Position numbers and translations under genes: made by a program. DNA of 64,000 nucleotides from Selaginella moellendorffii (taxonomy: Eukaryota; Plantae; Lycopodiophyta). The stretch is taken from contig NW_003314272.1 of assembly GCF_000143415.4 (NCBI RefSeq), forward strand, positions 2,567,728-2,631,727. The letters are read 5' to 3'. Position 1 is the stretch's first letter. Every line of letters starts with the position of its first letter. Positions 61,831 to 64,000 of the stretch are shown here, piece after piece. A model generated the notes under the pieces. The model was not told the origin of the DNA. It was given only the letters and a program-made list of their open reading frames with translations, and made no database searches.

Positions 61831-62372
61831 CTGGAAGTGAGAGCAGGAAACCAATGGACGCTTTCGTTACGCCTCAGCAAGCTTTAGTTCATGCCTTCAC
61901 TTGCCCAGTCATAGCTCGGTCTTAACAAGTTTGCAAGTTGGCTGTGTAGTTTCATAATACGTCGGCAGGCCGCTTTTTAGGGTTTACAGAAACTCTTTTC
62001 CTTTATTGAGCATGAGCAAGGGGACATTGATCGCGTCGCAGGGCGAGTAACTGCTGCCAGTACTTTTTGGCTTAAAAAAATGGAGGGGAGTTTTTTATTC
62101 AGTCATGCAAAGCTCAAGCAGGCAACGACTTTCGAGGTACTTCTTTTCTTTGCTTGCTTTGCTCTGCCTTTAGCTTCTTGTCGTCGTTGTTGTTAACTTA
62201 CGTTGGTCGTGGATTCCTTGTAATGCTACAGCTGTTTTCCAGATTTATTGCTTGCACAGAAGTTTCTCCCTTTAATTTTCTGTTTCTAGTTCCTCGGTGC
62301 CGATCATGCTTCTTGTTGAAATGCTTTTCCAATAGTCATTTGTGAAAACTCGGAAGATCCGAGTTTGAGACG

Positions 62373-64000
62373 ATGAGCTGCAAGTTTTCTGTGCCAATGT
62401 TGCCTCCTGCTGCTGCGTTGCTCCTTTGGGTCCTCGCGACTAATGTCGTGCTTGCAGCTCCACTTTCTCCAGTTCGCTGCGATGTTGCAACCGGGGCGTG
62501 CATGGTTTTCAACGCATATGGAACTTGGCCGGACAGGAGCCTTTGCAAGGTAGGGGAAGTAGCGTTTCCTTCCACGGAGCAGGAGCTGGTTGATATAGTC
62601 GCACACGGTGTGAAGAACAGGATGAAGATGAAGGTTGTGAGCAATTCAGCTCACAGCATTCCCAAGTTCGCGTGTCCTGGAGGGACTTCTGGCCTTGTCA
62701 TCAGCACGGCAAAATACTCCAGCAGAATAGTGGTGAGCGCGAGCTCCATGACTGTCACGGCGGACAGTGGTGTAGAGCTCTCGAGGCTTTTGCAGGAGAT
62801 TGGAAGCCACGGCCTGGCTCTTCCTTCGTCGCCTTATTGGAACGGGATTTCGCTTGGAGGGCTGTTAAGCACAGGGTCTCATGGAAGCTCCTTGTTCGGG
62901 AAAGGAAGTGCCGTTCACGAGTATGTGAAAGCGATGACGATGGTCATTCCAGCGCCAGAGAAGGAAGGTTTTGCGAAAGTTGTCAAGATCACTGAGCAGG
63001 ACGAAGATTTTATGAATGCTGCCAAGGTCTCACTCGGAGTTCTGGGAGTGATATCGCAGGTGACTTTGGCACTGCAGCCGATATTCAAGAGATCGGTGAC
63101 GAAGTTTGAGGCCTCCGACGTGAATCTGGAGAAAGAGATTCTAGAGTTTGGGAAGAACCACGAGTTTGGAGACGTCTCTTGGATTCCATCGAAGTACAAA
63201 CTCATCTACAGAGCAGACGACCGTGTTCCTGCGAGTACCAGCGGAGACGGCGTGAATGATTTCATTGGATTTCAACCGACGCTAGCCACTATAGTTGAAG
63301 CTCAAAGAGCTCTCGGTACGTACTGTTTCTGTTTGATAAAACAATAGCGACTCAGTACTCTTTTTCTTACAGAGGAAGCTTTCGAGATATCAGGTGACTC
63401 TCCTGGGAAGTGTGCCACTGGATTGGTGCAAACTCAAGCTCTTTTCACTACTGGGGAAGGCTTCAAGAAAAGCTCAGGTGGAGTTTTCACAGGCTACCCG
63501 GTCGTTGGTTTCCACCACAAGATCCAATCCTCCGGTGCCTGCCAGGCTTCAACCTCTAGACAACTCGTCTGTCCCTGGGATCCCACCGTGAGAGGCCTGT
63601 TCTACCATCAGACCACCGTCTCCATCTCGGTGGACAAGATCCAGGACTTCATCACCGACGTCAAGAAACTCAGAGCTCTAAATCCCGCCGCCCTGTGTGG
63701 AGTGGACCTCTACAATGGCTTCCTCATGCGCTACGTCCGAGCCTCGTCCGCATACCTGGGAAAGCAATCCGACGCAGTCGATGTGGACATAACTTACTAC
63801 CGAGCTCGCAGCGGGAACACTCCCAGGCTGGACGAGGACGTGCTGGAAGAGGTGGAACAGATGGCCTTGTTCAAGTATGGAGGCCTCCCGCACTGGGGGA
63901 AGAACAGGAACATCGCGTTTGGGCCTCACACCGCTGCCAAGTATCCCAAGCTGCAAGAGTTCCTGGCGGTGAAGAGCAAGCTTGATCCGGATGGTTTCTT
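62373..64000 (+). CDS. GULLO: L-gulonolactone oxidase / aldonolactone oxidoreductase (FAD), truncated by the window end
   Basis: Signal peptide, NAYGTWPDRSLC, HSIPKFACP, PYWNGISLGGLLSTGSHGSSL, AAKVSLGVLGVISQVTL, EEVEQMALFKYGGLPHWGKNRN. Intron about 63316..63371. Confidence 0.93.

Overview
Eukaryotic plant nuclear DNA with very compact genes (mostly 50-110 nt GT-AG introns, GC-rich exons, PLS-class PPR genes). This style points to a lycophyte such as Selaginella moellendorffii, which is an inference with no database check. The window has two regimes. About 1-36.5 kb is a turbulent accessory region: a PPR-DYW pseudogene, an intronless GDSL lipase, a decayed PARP-like ADP-ribosyltransferase, two degenerate Ty3/gypsy elements, FPN3/IREG3, a frameshifted AP2 gene, a CYP71-clan P450, two atypical SDR epimerase-like paralogs, an A1 aspartic protease, a Crinkler-type NTPase(-REase) gene and NSE4. 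About 37-64 kb is mostly conserved housekeeping or plastid genes (PRMT4, SufB, CCHC/AIR1-like, VPS50, PyrP2, PHT2;1, tRNA-Pro, PDH-E1alpha, GULLO), plus a Dof-like oddity, a 52-bp hairpin and a broken Crinkler-like REase-kinase. Most notable: (1) three polymorphic-toxin/effector-type modules in a plant genome (CRN NTPase-REase, CRN REase-kinase, PARP-like ART); (2) a block [CRN 5' end - FPN3 - CYP - NSE4] that appears to have been multiplied and reciprocally eroded so each copy keeps different genes; (3) a head-to-head pair of membrane-anchored SDRs lacking the canonical YxxxK lysine. All family assignments come from motif recognition by eye.
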